A stretch of DNA of 63,993 nt, counting the filler, from Basidiobolus ranarum (Eukaryota), in NCBI GenBank assembly GCA_040143965.1. It is 10 parts of 10 records of this genome, joined end to end, with 100 filler letters (N's around TTAATTAATTAA, not from the genome) between each part and the next. Parts side by side here need not be neighbours in the genome. Positions count along the whole stretch, not along the records: positions 38,759 to 45,090 come from JASJQH010008215.1; positions 45,191 to 51,522 come from JASJQH010008216.1; positions 51,623 to 57,951 come from JASJQH010008217.1; 7 more parts are not named here. One strand, given 5' to 3'. This document shows, piece by piece, positions 38,759-52,314 of this stretch. The first letter of the stretch is position 1. Every line of letters begins with the position of its first letter. The notes below the pieces were generated by a model. It saw only the letters and a program-made list of their open reading frames with translations. It searched no databases and was not told the origin of the DNA. The position numbers and the translations under genes are program-made.

Positions 38759-39214
38759 ACTAAGATATTACGCATTATTATCAATGGGAATTTACTTCGA
38801 ATATTTTTACCAACTTGGAAGTTCTCAGATATATAGATTTTTAAAACTTGTGCTAGAAGTCCCAAGCTTTGCATACGTGTCTCTGGTGTTAAGTATTAGG
38901 GAGCCTGTTGGAAGTGGTTTGGAGAATTAGAGAAATTGGTGGTTTTCACTTGTTGATTTATTGAGTAGAAAGTTGACATTTATCGTTTTGTCAAGATATA
39001 AGTAAGCTAAGGTGTAGAATGTGTTAAGAAAGGTCCCAGGAACATATGTGCAAATTTTGGGGCTTCTAGCACAAGTTTGAGAAATCTATGTATCTGAGAA
39101 TTTTCAAGTAAATTCCTTGTGATAATAATGGGTTATATCTTAGTGGAATATAGGATAATTAAATGCTAAGCTATATATGACTATATCGGTGTTTATGCAA
39201 TGCTAATTTCAACA
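38759..39214. mobile_element. Short LTR-like repeat family: inverted partial copy (38759-38886) fused to a full copy (38887-39214)
   Basis: Full copy TGTTAAG...TTTCAACA aligns with 54937-55240; 38759-38886 is the reverse complement of its right-hand part. Confidence 0.8.
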
Positions 39215-39233
39215 ATATTTGCTGCTTTTAATA

Positions 39234-39406
39234 CATGAGTTGAATTCACAACTTAAATGTTGAAGAAAACTCAATATTATTAAGTATTAGTGCAATTTTT
39301 ATCATTCCAAAGTTCCTCAAGTCTTTGCACTGCTATCCCAGAAGTACAACACATTGCTATTTATTTTCAAGTCAACAACACTGTAAATAGTAAGTTTCAA
39401 CTCATG
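39234..39406. mobile_element. Putative MITE (173 bp)
   Basis: 11-bp terminal inverted repeats CATGAGTTGAA / TTCAACTCATG, each flanked by TA. Confidence 0.5.
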
Positions 39407-41914
39407 TAACCCTTGACTAGTTTCATCTTACAGAGGATTAATGACTCTTAGCTTACGATAACAAGAAATAATCAAACGAATGAGATCCTGACTGAGAATG
39501 ATGTAAAGTGTTAAGTTAGGTTCTCTAGCTCTACTCACAACCCATAATATCATAGAAATTAGAAATTTACAGACCTATTATTAGAAATGGAGTTTGAAAG
39601 AATTTTTCCAATGACTGGAGTTGAGCCATTTATAAATTAGAAGGTGAGACTGAAAAACATTGATCGTCCTGTATTCTGACAAATTGAGGGAGTAAAGTTT
39701 CATTTTCAACTTCGTTAATTTGCATATAGTTGCGTACCATGATGTTGAACTGTGCTATTTGACTGGTACATATTTACTCAGATGTAGTATATAAAGTAGT
39801 TACTTAAATAGCATAAACTTCAACATCAATTCCACGCCTTTCATCAAAAACATTCACAATTGGCTACTTGAGCATTGTAAAATTGTACTTCGCAACATAG
39901 ATTTCAACCATAATAAAAGAACTGCATACAAAACGGTATTTTATTTAGGGAAGAAATAACATTACGATAAACCCACGATTTCTATAGCGGTTTTATGAAA
40001 TCAAGTTATCCTATCTTCGCATTGTTTTGTCGAATTCATAAATCAAATATGCTCATTTTTCGAGAAAATACAACAACCTTAACAGCTGTCGGAGTAGTAA
40101 GTATTATAGTGCAAATAATCGGTGGACTCGGTTGTAAAGTAGAACAAATACTTGGAATTTGAAAAGTTGAACTTCAAATTTCAAAGTGAACTTGATAAGC
40201 TAACTATAATTTAGAGATGATTGGTACATTAAGATTATCGTGGATAGAAAACTTTTCTACAACATTACTAATTAATGCAAGTAGTACAAGGAAGTTCCAT
40301 TTATGCAGGTGTTCAGACAATTTCATAAATCGTTCTGAAGACTTTTAAAGACTTTTACAATAGTCCACCTTCTAACTAACCGCCTTGGAAATACTGAAGT
40401 TTTCGCATTTGCTAATATCTCAGAGCAACTATATCATAGAACTTTTGTAAAGTTGTGCTTAATGCTACGGTGGAGGTGAATTTGAGATTTATGGAGAAGC
40501 TTGAGACATGCTTGTTCATTATAAGAAAGGAGAATTTGTATCCGTTTCGAAGTTATAAGCAAAATGCGAGTTTGTGTTCAGAGTATCTGCTGCAACTCTA
40601 TAAAGTTCTAGATTAATATATTCAACAATTAGTAAGACACTGGGCTTACTAATATGGAACATATTTTATGAAACTTTAATTTTCAAAGTTGAAAATATCC
40701 TTTGAATTCCAACAAAGTATAACCTTTAGCGATCTACTTAAACGTAATCCAATCCCATGTATAAATTACCGGCTTGATGTTGATTTCCTGAATACTTATG
40801 TGTCAATTCAAACACCCTCAGATACCAAAATTTTAAATCAACAACTCCACTGGATATCCAAGAGCTTTTACTTCGTGTCTCTTGCAATAATCTGCAGCTA
40901 TATCCACTCTCAAGAGGATGAGAGGAAAGTATCTATCCCCTATAGCATGGTAGAGCCTCGTGTTTAATCAGTTGTATGCTAGCAGTCGCTATAGTATTCG
41001 GCATCGCTGAGATATATTCGGAAGATCAATGGCAATCACTAGATTATTTCTGTAGAGACAACCGACCTGGTAAGTAGCAGAGGCTAAGAGTATTCAAGAT
41101 ATATTGTATAGGTGCTTAGATAAGAGCAGCTGGAGGCATTTTGGTCTAGAGCGAAAATCATGAGATTTATACCACTCTAAAATGTATGCTTCTACAATAT
41201 CTGTACGACATCAGATGTAGAGTGCAAATTTGTAACTCAGACCGTAGTCTTTCTGACACAACAAATTACTGATGGCTTTTACATTAGTTGCATTTTCTGA
41301 ACTTTGGAAGCGGTGAATAGTATGCAGCATTTCCTCTAAATCCTTAATAATTGACCCCTAGAAGTGCAACATTGGATGCATATAACAATGAGTATAAAGC
41401 ATTTCCTTTATCACGATGTATCTCTTATATGCAAACTATACGTGGTTTATGCTGAATTTACTCTGATCCCCACGCATTTATTTGCTGTCGAAGTTTTTAG
41501 ATTCAAAGTGTATTCCCAATATTACTCGCCTAACCACACCATCAAACAAAAACATTTATACGAAACTTGGCAGATGATTGGATTAATGTTCAATCTAAAG
41601 ACACATACTGAAAATACTGGAATCAAAGAGAAAAATAATGTCAGTTTGAATTTAAGCAGATATTCAAACTGTAACTCCATTTCGATGTTCCTTGAACTAA
41701 AACCATCGTTATTATTATCGAAGGCAATGATTCACGACCTGTCTCTGATGCAGAAGCTCTATTTGCTAAATTGAAGACTCTGAAGAAATCTTGCAGATCC
41801 TAGTAGAAAGGTTACTCAGCATGAACAGTGGTTAGCTTTGTCAACATCACTACTTAACACTGATCAGAGGATCCCATCGTAAACTGTACAAATTGCCGGT
41901 TGCAAGTGAGCGAA

Positions 41915-42760
41915 TCATGTCTCGTATAAATACCCCAAATCAGAGATAGCGTGTTTCAAACCAACAAAGTTGGAATAGCGCTGGTCAAGATCACCAGACC
42001 CTCCATGTTTCAAAAGGATTTTCTTGGGGAAGTGGAATGAGTTGCATGTTATGTATGAAAAGTGGTTGAAATTACATGCATTTCCCATGCATTCGCTTAG
42101 ATTGATGACGGATCCACTTGGTAGAGCTAAGCAGGAGATACAAAGTGCGAACTCCCTGTAGAGTTGCGATCTACGAGGGCGAGGACAAAACACCGGTTGA
42201 TGGAATTATGGGGAGTACGAAGCTTAACAGTTTTAAACATCATATTCCCTTAATAAGGGCTCATAGACATACCCTACAAATAAGGAAATCATCGGTTTTC
42301 TGGAAGAGGTGGGATTAGTAGAAACGAGCTTTATTTGATCCATGTATAGTATCTGGCCAGTATCCAGCATTAGTTGTAACCATGGTTTGCAATGGCTCTC
42401 TAGGCTCCAAGCGACTTGTCCCTTGGATCCTGCATAGTGCACTCCGACTTCCCTTTCACTTCATTGGCTGGTCATTGAAGCTTCGACTATTCAGTGCGGA
42501 ACTTTCTTTCCACTGCATCCACACCTTGCAAATGAAGCCAAACATCGTAGTTAACATGGTCAAATATAGGCCGAGTCGATGCTGAATATGTGTGTAGTCT
42601 AGCAGCTACAATACTGACCTCGCCAAACAGCGGCTTAAGAAGACTCAGGCTAATGGAGCGCAATGATACAAGGGAAATTAAGGTTTTCGAATGGTTGTAA
42701 AAAGGAACTTTAAAATGCTTGTGAGATGCTGCAGTTCCCAATCCTCTTCGTTGATTGGTG
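41915..42760 (-). mobile_element. Degenerate LINE-like RT remnant
   Basis: LRSISLSLLKPLF...IVAARL (cf. YRPISLL...ILAxRL) and IFDHVNYDV (cf. AFDxVxH); broken frames. Confidence 0.35.
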
Positions 42761-43254
42761 CTCCGAGGGAGTATGAAACCTTTTTGGGCTTTCTTTGGAA
42801 GGTGGCTACATTCTTACTCTTTGGTACTCTTCAAGGGATATCCATCCTAAATTCTATCAAGTCAGATTGATTGGATCATTTCGATATTGATCCGGAAATC
42901 AATATCATCAAGTGTGGCAATTCATGAATCCATACCTCTCCATTCCCATACCTATACCAATTAGCGGCCACTTATCAATTATAGATTATATTAACAAGTT
43001 AATTACTTGATAATTATCGAAGATTCCAATATTTTATCCCAAAACGTCGTCTTGAATAAACGCCTCTTGCAACCCATGCTATTAACTTCAACAAATAAGC
43101 GAAAATTGAATTCCCCACCAGTATGAATGGCGATCGGGAATTAACAAATTTACTCTCAACCACATAATTAGTGGTCTCTTGTTCTCCCTTCATTGTTTCT
43201 TTTCTTTCCCACTCCTCTCCTTCTCGACCTTGTTCCCTCTGCTCGACCGTGAAG

Positions 43255-44120
43255 ATGAATTACTATTCCAGCTATGTGTCGAAGCTCATCATCTACCTAA
43301 TCATATTCTTAGCTATTGTCTATGCACTGTGGTTACTCTTCACTGGTAATGGTGAAGCATTCAATTTTGGACTTTTCCTTTTAGATACTTCACCATATAT
43401 GTGGGCGTTGTTGGGTATTTCTCTCTGTATCGGTATGTCGGTCGTAGGTGCTGCTTGGTAATGCTCGTTTACATTGTGCTACTTTTAAAAGATAATCGTA
43501 CTAAATTTTTTTAAAGGGGTATCTTGGTTACTGGTGCTTCCATTCTCGGTGGTGCTGTCAGAACTCCTAGAATTAAGACCAAGAACTTGATCAGGTAAGG
43601 GAACATGAGAGTTTATTTCTTAACAATATGGTTTTAAAAATACTCTTTGATAGTATTATTTTCTGTGAAGTTGTTGCTATCTACGGAGTTATTATGGCCA
43701 TCGTCTTTTCTGCCAAACTTGGTACTGTTAACGCTGCGACCTACTCCGCTAGTCATTATTATACTGGTAAGTGATTTCTCATCATAGAATTCAAAATAGG
43801 CGAATGTAACCTTAAATAATTTATGCTTAATAGGCTTCTCCCTATTCTGGGCTGGTTTGACTGTCGGTTTCTGCAACTTCTTCTGTGGTATTTGTGTTGG
43901 AATCACCGGTTCCAGTGCTGCTTTGGCAGATGCTCAAGATCCCCAACTTTTCGTCAAAATTCTCGTTGTAGAAATTTTCGGTTCTGTCTTGGGATTATTC
44001 GGTTTAATTGTTGGTCTATTGACTGTAAGTGACTTTTAAGTGTATCAAACAACTCGACTAATTTGTGCTAACAATATTTGCGTAACTTTATAGTCTGGCA
44101 AAGCCTCCGAATTCTCTTAA
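43255..44120 (+). CDS. VMA16: V-ATPase V0 proteolipid subunit c'' (5 exons)
   Basis: [72 protein letters not shown]; four GT-AG introns; stop 44118-44120. Confidence 0.94.
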
Positions 44121-45090
44121 ATCATTCATGGAGATCAATAGTATTCCGACCAATCCTACTGGGAAGGAAGGGATTTATTTTTCTCTCTTTCATCACTTAA
44201 AAGTTGAGCCTCTTTATTCCGTCATAGTTTATGCTTTAGTAATCATCATGATTCTCACTTGGAATCCATACAAGAAACACTTCCCACTCTCTTACGTCAG
44301 TGAAAATGAATACTCTTGGATGAAATTCCATCTTCAGACTTTATTTTGCTAGAAAAAAGGGGAATGATTTTTTACACTAAGCGATTCCCATATATTTCCC
44401 TTAATTAAATATATATTAACCTATTTATCCATGAGCCCGATAATATAATATGGAAGAGTTGGGTATTATCCAGTTCTTCCTTCAATTGAGGATATTTTTG
44501 TGCTACGTAGGCTTTGATAAACCTATATAAGTGAATTCATTTAACCATTTCTAATTCACTTTTAGTCAAGGACAATCAATGTAAATCTTTGATTAGGGGC
44601 TTATCATTTATCCATTTGTTTAAGCCAAGTTGCTTCAGCCAGCAGTAGTAAGCTTTCGATGTTGGCTATATGCAGTTAATATAATATGACTGGGACTGGG
44701 ACTGAATAGCAATAAATACCGTGAAAAGCATTTATTGTTAGTGATATCAATGGCTTCTTAATCAGCATCTTCCATATCTTCAAGTTGGCAACCAGATACC
44801 AAGAAAACCCCTAGACCATTTGAACTCGGTCTATTTCGCATGATTTCCAGGATGAATAAAGATCTCTGATTGGATTTCCTAGTAATGATGGCTCGTGATT
44901 GCTCTAAATTCAATATTAAATCAATGATCCTGATTATTAGCAATTGAGGGATATTTGCTTAGGTTCTCGGTTAGATCTCCCAATTATGATTTATTCAGAG
45001 TTGCGAATCAATTTCAACTGATTCTTTCGCAATTGGTTACTCTGTCAGAGCCAATAAATGACTATCATGATCTTTTAAAGAAATGAGTCC

Positions 45091-45190
45091 NNNNNNNNNN
45101 NNNNNNNNNNNNNNNNNNNNNNNNNNNNNNNNNNTTAATTAATTAANNNNNNNNNNNNNNNNNNNNNNNNNNNNNNNNNNNNNNNNNNNN
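45091..45190. other. Artificial contig linker
   Basis: N44-TTAATTAATTAA-N44. Confidence 0.99.
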
Positions 45191-45681
45191 ACTTAATTTT
45201 TCTCCCATTAAAGTAAGGAACATGGTAAAATTGATACTTCCTGGTGCTTCATTGATCATATCTTCGATATCTTGGTCAGAATGGGTTTGTCCTAAGGAGA
45301 TTGAATGAGTACAAGAGTAATAACTTTCACTATATATTTTACCAGTTTACAAAGGTAGTGTCAAAAGGAATACTGTGAGTTTAACATACCAAGGTGAAAT
45401 AGCATATCCTTCAAATCCTCTTTATCAATGAACCCATCAGAGTCATGGTCAATCATAGAGAACGCCTCTTTGAACTCGGCTATCTGTTTTTGGTCGAAGA
45501 TGGCGAATACGTTGGAGTTCTGACGAACTGCTCTCTTCTTCTTTTTCATAATTCTGGCCGACTAAAAGTAGAGATGATCAGTAAAAGTTCACATTGTGTT
45601 TCAAGTGGTGTAAATGTGAAGAATATTCGACTTCCTCCCACTTGATTTATAAGCTTTAGGAGAAGTATAAACACTTACCAT
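45191..45681 (-). CDS. RLC1: Myosin II regulatory light chain (3'-truncated)
   Basis: ATG-only exon 45681-45679, then [43 protein letters not shown] and [19 protein letters not shown]. Confidence 0.9.
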
Positions 45682-46360
45682 TTTTTCCAAGGGAAAGTAG
45701 TAAAGGGTTGGAGAATAGCAAAGAGGGAATTATACTTTTCTAATGCAATAAATCGATGTAAACAACAATAATCATATTCACCAATAGGTTGTTGATTTAA
45801 TGATTTATTGAGTTATTGTAGAGGATAGAATGGATGTATATAGATTGTTACTAATAATAAATATGTTGAATATCCGCATACAAAATTATCAAATCAACAA
45901 AGGGAAAATATTTGCTTTGGTCGAGGAAATTGATAAAACGATAGACACACATAAAATATGTCAGCAAATTGCGCTCCAGAATCCATACAACTTGACATCT
46001 TAGTACTGATCCACGAGGGTCACACAGCATGTATTTAGAACAAAAGCCTCAAAAGAGATTTAACGTAAGGCGAAGTAGTATTAATATCAACGAGATTCAT
46101 CGAAGTTTAGATTGGGCGCTCATCTGGGGAGTTCAAGCAATGACCACGTTTTGTTCGGAGTAGATTCCACCACCAAAATTATGCTCAGTTTATAAGATGA
46201 ACGTCGATATTCGAATGTTGTTTGGGGGACTAGAGTAGCTTGGAGGTGATATAGAAATGGAGAAGGACAAGCCAAGAAGACCAGAAAGTATAACTACTTG
46301 AACGAAAAAAAGAACTGAACGAGTTTATTCCACATTGTACAAAGAAAAGAAATTAGAACT

Positions 46361-48255
46361 TTATCCACGATAACCATAAACCCCATCGAGGTTCCCAGAA
46401 GTTTGAAGACTTGGGGAGCCAGTCATTGGCTTATTGTTACTTCGGAGTCTACAGGTGATTGCGAGAATAAGACAATATGCTCGAAGAAAACGTTTGGCGA
46501 TTACTTACACCCGGTCATTAGTTCCAGGGTTGCTGGGTTTGCCTCTAGTGTCTGACTCCTCGCCATTGATAACTTTGCGACGATGTCCAGTGGGAATTCG
46601 CATAGACGAATTTCCTCCGGAAACACCAGGCGACACACCCGCATTTCTAGAAGCTGATGAAGGATTTGCAGGGGTTAGACGAGAGCTACGACGGAAGCTG
46701 CTCCCTTCAGCCGCTTGGCTGATACGAGTAGAGCTCATCTGGCGATCCTCACCACGCTGATAAGAAGTGAAAGTTAGCAACAGAGAAATGATACAAAACC
46801 TTGGTTAATATTAATAAAACTTACAATATTTTGAGATCCAGAGGCACCAACGTCGCCGCCAAGAGGGCGAGTTTCACTTGGCTGAGACTTGGATTTCTTT
46901 TCCTACAATATTGCGATGTGAATTTAATACAATGAACTCTTCTTTATCACTTGATGGGGCTTACCTTCTCAAGAATAGTCCAATCGAAAATGTAATCATA
47001 CTGGAATCCTTCACGGATGAACAGATCACGGAATAGCTTTCTCAAATAACTATAATCGGGCTTATCATCGAACCGAAGGCTACGGGTGTAGTTGAGATAG
47101 ATGGCGAATTCGTTAGGAAAGTTGCGGCAAAGTAGCTCTGTAGGTGTGGTCATCTTTTTCTCCATGATTCTGTCGTACTTTTGCTTTTTGGTGGCAGCCT
47201 TAAGTCCTTGCCATGGGAGAGATCCGCGAAGGAAATACATCATAACATAACCGAGAGACTCTAAATCATCACGTCTAGACTGCTCTATAAGGTGATTATG
47301 TGTATGGTTAATATGACATTACGATGATAGGGATAACTATATCATTAACAACTAACCTACGCCCAAATGTGTATTGATACTAGCATAACGAGCAGTACCG
47401 GTCAAATTCTTATTTTCTCTGTATGGTATATGAAGGTGAGTTCTAGGATCGCGGTATTTCTTTGCAAGACCAAAGTCGATAACATTCACATGGTTGGCCC
47501 ACTTCGCAATCCCCATCAAGAAATTATCAGGCTTGATATCTCGATGAATAAAATTCTTGGAATGGATGTACTCGATACGAGAAATCTAGTAGAATGAGAA
47601 TTGGCGCGTGAATATTAATTAACGAACAAGAATTTCTTGACTAGTTGGAAATAAATATTTACCAGTTGGTCACCCAGAAGGAGTACAGTTTTAAGAGTAA
47701 ATTTCCGCGAACAGAAATTGAACAAATCTTCAAGTGAAGGTCCGAGGAGATCAATGACCATACAATTATAATCCATCTCAACTCCGAAATGTCTAACGAA
47801 CGGAATACCAACTCCGCCAGCTAATGATTTGTATACCTTGGCCTCATATTCAAGCTGTGGGTGACGGGCTTTTGTCGATTCTAGTTTGATAGCCACCTCT
47901 TCACCACTAACAATATTGGTACCTGAAATAAAGAAAATGTAGTCACTGCGTTAGAAAACTCAAACTAATGTACAACTACAACTATTTGAAATAATTGTTT
48001 TGGAGATTCAAAAGTAATAAGGAATTCATCTTTTTAAAAAGCAACAACAATGTATTAAAAGCAAGTAGAAAAGTGTTCTTTGAAAGGTGAAACAGAAGAA
48101 AATCAACAAAGTTGAATTTGCGCTTCGAAAGAGACACAAGATAGCACATTCAGAAGTATAGGACATATTATGAACTTACCAAGATAGATTTCACCAAAAG
48201 AGCCTGACCCAATCTTTCTACCGAGTCTATATTTGTTGCCAACTCTGAAATCCAT
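46361..48255 (-). CDS. HRR25: Casein kinase I delta/epsilon (Hrr25/Hhp1-like), multi-exon
   Basis: [78 protein letters not shown]; Ser/Gly/Arg-rich tail; stop 46361-46363. Confidence 0.95.
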
Positions 48256-49219
48256 ATTTTATTAGGAATTAAATAGAAAGATTTTCAACTAGGTCTGTAG
48301 TAATTGTTAGAAATCTATCCAAGGGCTCAGATTAGTAGTGGGATGAGAGCGACAACAGTTACGCTAAAACTGAATTGGTTTCGTAGTGTATAAGTAGTAA
48401 GGCTCCAAAGGGTGAACCCAAAAAAGAAGAGCTAATTTAAAATTAGGATGAAAGCAGACAAGGTGGCACCAAATGCCTAAGGGGTCTTTTTGAAAATAAG
48501 GATCAAAAAATCAGGAATCCATTTCGCTCAGATACATTCGGCATTATTTTAGTAGGGGTTGTGTGTTGCTGAATACGGTTGGAAAATTTCTTAATAAAAA
48601 TAGATTCGCAGAGATATTCTAACCAACCCTTCATTGTTGATACAAATAAATGCACCTTAAACTTGATTAGTTTACTGGAAAGCCCACTAATTTCCACCAG
48701 TTAGCTCTCGCAGCGTGACAATACTATAGGAGCTGGTTAGTGATCAACACTTGGCAGGTAGTTAGGGTTGATGTAATGAGATCGCGTAATAATAATAATA
48801 TTCATATATTTTGAGTAACATGCATTCAAGTGATATCCGAATAACATGCATTCAGAGAGAGTGTTTTATCTGAGATATTAGAGTAACGTAGTCAAGTCAG
48901 CTTCGGTAGTGGTCTCGTGATTTGAATGAGTGGTTCAACCGGATATTGTATGGATTATTGAATCGACTATTGTACGAATGAATCTCATCAGCGATGTCTA
49001 CCCACAAAGAGGTGCTATTGGTTAATCAGTAATATATATGGGCCTCATGTTCCTACCTAATTTTCCGGCAACTATAGCGATCTTGGGTGCATAGCCATTG
49101 GTTGTTAGCTGACTTGCTTAATGATATTCATTCATTTAAACAAATTTCAATATTGGTAATGAATTTGATATTGCCAGTGAAGATGATGAAATGCGTGTTC
49201 ATTCTTCTACTGAACTACA

Positions 49220-49840
49220 ATGGCTATTAGCTCCAATATATTGGCCGTAACTGCTGGCTTATTTGCCGCATTGGCTTCTCTTTTCGCAAAGCTCACTGTT
49301 GATTCTCGTACAATAGCGATCGCGGAGAGTGTCTATCAAACAATTTGCCAAACTTTTGGTATCGAGGTTTTTAACTATTTGAGCGATGACAAAGACAACT
49401 TTGTATGTTACTTTAAGTTACTATTATTTAGATTCATTCAATTTTACTACTACACGAAATATACTTCATGTAAAAATACTGACCCTTGGTTTTCGATTTT
49501 CTACCCGTAGGTATTCCTAATCATCCGTAGTTTGTGCCTCGGCGGTATATGCTTATGCAACGCCCTTATGTGGACTACCTTTACAAAAGCTCTTAACTCT
49601 TCGAAATCCTCCGTTCAAGTAACTGTTATCAACAGCGTTACCAATTTCTGCACTACTGTAAGTTCCTTTACTGTTCAATTTTACTTCTCTTTACTGACTT
49701 TGTTGAAGGCCTTTTGTGGTCATGTGGTATTTGGAGAGCCTCTAAGCTTGAGATGGTGGTGTGGAGCAAGTTTAATTGCTGTTGGTTCTATTCTAATGAA
49801 CCATCAAGAAACTGAACAACCAAGAGAAAAAACGGAGTAA
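49220..49840 (+). CDS. TMEM42: TMEM42-like small membrane protein (3 exons)
   Basis: AGLFAALASLFAKL, CNALMWTTFTKAL..S.SSVQVTVIN...NF, VFGEPLSLRWWCGASLI. Confidence 0.75.
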
Positions 49841-50208
49841 ACCTTTAGATCTGCGCTAGCTTTATTGTATCATTATATCTTTTTGCTATATATTTCTTCG
49901 TATATAAACACAATTATGGCATAGAAGACTAATGAGCCAACAAATACCGACGAGATTTACAGTTGATATTCAAAACTCTGATGATTTATTTGGGTTAAAT
50001 ATTTAATTGAAATATCAACCGTTCCTTCTTTTCTATCTTAGATTGCACTCATTTGAATGATTGCTAAAGTATGCTCTGAGAGTAGAGTTTGTAGTATTCC
50101 GATAAATGACGAACTAGAAAATTGAAATGACAGGCGATGATATAGGGAAAAATCCAAAAAGCAATAAAATTGGTTTCCAACTAGTGCGGAATGTGCAAGT
50201 CATTGATG

Positions 50209-51522
50209 TCAGTGTAGACGATGTGGTTTCCAGTAATACTGAGGCAAATCGAGCTCTAATTTTGGGATAGTTTCGTCAAAACCGGAGTGTGGATTTAGGT
50301 ATGGAGTATTGTTTATACTGGAATATCCAGAGGTGATCACATTTTCAGCATGTTCTGTGCAGACATTATAGTTAGTATAGTAATCAATTCGTTGAATTTT
50401 AAAGCATGTAAATTCTTATGAAACATACCTTCATCATTTTCTTCACGTGTATCGTTAACTAATGAATTCATTTGTGCATTATCTCTGGGCGAGTTGATGT
50501 CGGGATAATCGGCGAAAAAAGCTGCCTCGGTCAAAGTCATATCATCATATTTAGCATCTCGTAAAGGTTCCGGATTTTCAGGGTTTTCAATGCTGGCTAT
50601 CTCTTTTTCTCTGTAGAAATAGTTAGTCAAATGTAAACCCAACGCCAAAAGGGTACTCACTCTTCATTCCAACTGTCGAAGCCACTAGATATCTCAGCTA
50701 ATAGTACATCTAGCTTGTCACCTTGCATAACTCGTTTGATGGGTGATAAGATTTCACCATGATCGCACTCTTCCATCAATAGCTGGAGTGAAGGAGACAG
50801 GTCACTATCTTCGTCTTTGCTGAAGTTCAAACTGGTATTGGTTGTCACTTTCTGCTCATTTCCGATGGATCATTTAGGTTTTGAATCTTACTCAAAAATT
50901 TAATTGTTTTTGAACTGACCTTTGTGTCTACAATTGAGTCCAATTCAAAATTACAATTAGTTTTACCAGGTATATCATTTACTTATTTAACAAACCTTCC
51001 TTCTTCGTATTTTTGGGATTATGCAAGGTTTCCTTTAAATTCCATCTTGACGCCAATTTGTCATCTACCTGAAGCATCATAACAGACCCAGTACCATCCT
51101 CCTCATCCATACTAGATCTGCCCAGTTGGCTATCAGGTACTACCTCATCTTTTTTTGCTGTTAGTATTGTTGATAGTTGACTATTAGAAGGGGTGATTCT
51201 TGCTCTTAATGATTTTGATGCAGAGGATGGTTCAGCTCTATTCTCATTATCTGGTATCTCACGTATTATCTCCGTAGAGGTAGATTTTTGATCCTGGCTA
51301 TGAAATTTGCTCTTCCAAGGTAGAGATTTGACTGGCTTGATAGCCTCTTCAGAAAAGGAAGATTGTTGTTCATTCAAAAACCTATTTTCAGAGAACGCTA
51401 ATCGAGATACTAAATGATTTTCAATATAATATGCTTGAGCCTGAAGACATCAATTGAATATTACCACCAGTCTTGATTTTTTTTGAGGCGTTGCCGTGAT
51501 TTTAGATTCCCAACGTATTTTA
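50209..51522 (-). CDS. Uncharacterised acidic, Ser-rich protein, multi-exon, 5'-truncated
   Basis: ORF segments 50979-51377, 50657-50848 and 50337-50660 are bounded by GT-AG sites; predicted last exon ends ...LPQYYWKPHRLH*. Confidence 0.55.
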
Positions 51523-51622
51523 NNNNNNNNNNNNNNNNNNNNNNNNNNNNNNNNNNNNNNNNNNNNTTAATTAATTAANNNNNNNNNNNNNNNNNNNNNN
51601 NNNNNNNNNNNNNNNNNNNNNN
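51523..51622. other. Artificial contig linker
   Basis: N44-TTAATTAATTAA-N44. Confidence 0.99.
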
Positions 51623-51911
51623 CGGATACTTTACGGGAACAGGGGATGTATTATCTGCACTCATCTTAGCCCACTTGCAGAAAGAGACTGAATCAGCAGT
51701 TGAAGAAAGCTTGGTGGCAGCATGTGAGAAGGGAATTGCCACTATGATGGATATCTTGGCAAGAACTGTCGAGGAACAAAAGAGGTACGGTATCACATCG
51801 AAGCCAACTACAGCAACCAATGTTCGACGCTGTGAACTGAGGTTGATTCAGTCCAAACAGTCGATCGAAAACCCCAAGGTTAATGTGCATGCGGTGAAAT
51901 TCAACACGTAA
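51623..51911 (+). CDS. BUD16: Pyridoxal kinase, C-terminal fragment
   Basis: GYFTGTGDVLSALIL (ribokinase-family GTGD anion hole) and C-terminal ELRLIQSKQSIENP. Confidence 0.82.
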
Positions 51912-52314
51912 GGTACAAATAAACCCTGAGTTAAACCTTACGAGAAGGGATATTTTGAAAGTGATGTGTGTTCACTTGTGAAGCCATTAACAGTACAACA
52001 CCGAAGTATTTAATAAATCATCTGTAAGTGAGCTTGTGGTAGTAGTGATAACAATGTTTCTGTAGACGATGATACCTTCACTCAACCGCTACTGACTGTT
52101 TGTGTGACTATCAAAGTCTTCGTATATGTCAAGGAGATTGGGAATCAAATCATATGAAGACGATTATCCATTGAATAATTGGTTTTAGAAAATACTTTAG
52201 TCCATGGTTTTTGCAGCTGATTCTCTGGGGAATTGATGTTTATTTAATTACACAATTTGAAAAGGGGACAAATAGGCAAATGGGAATAGATAAATAAATA
52301 AAGACTACTATAAG

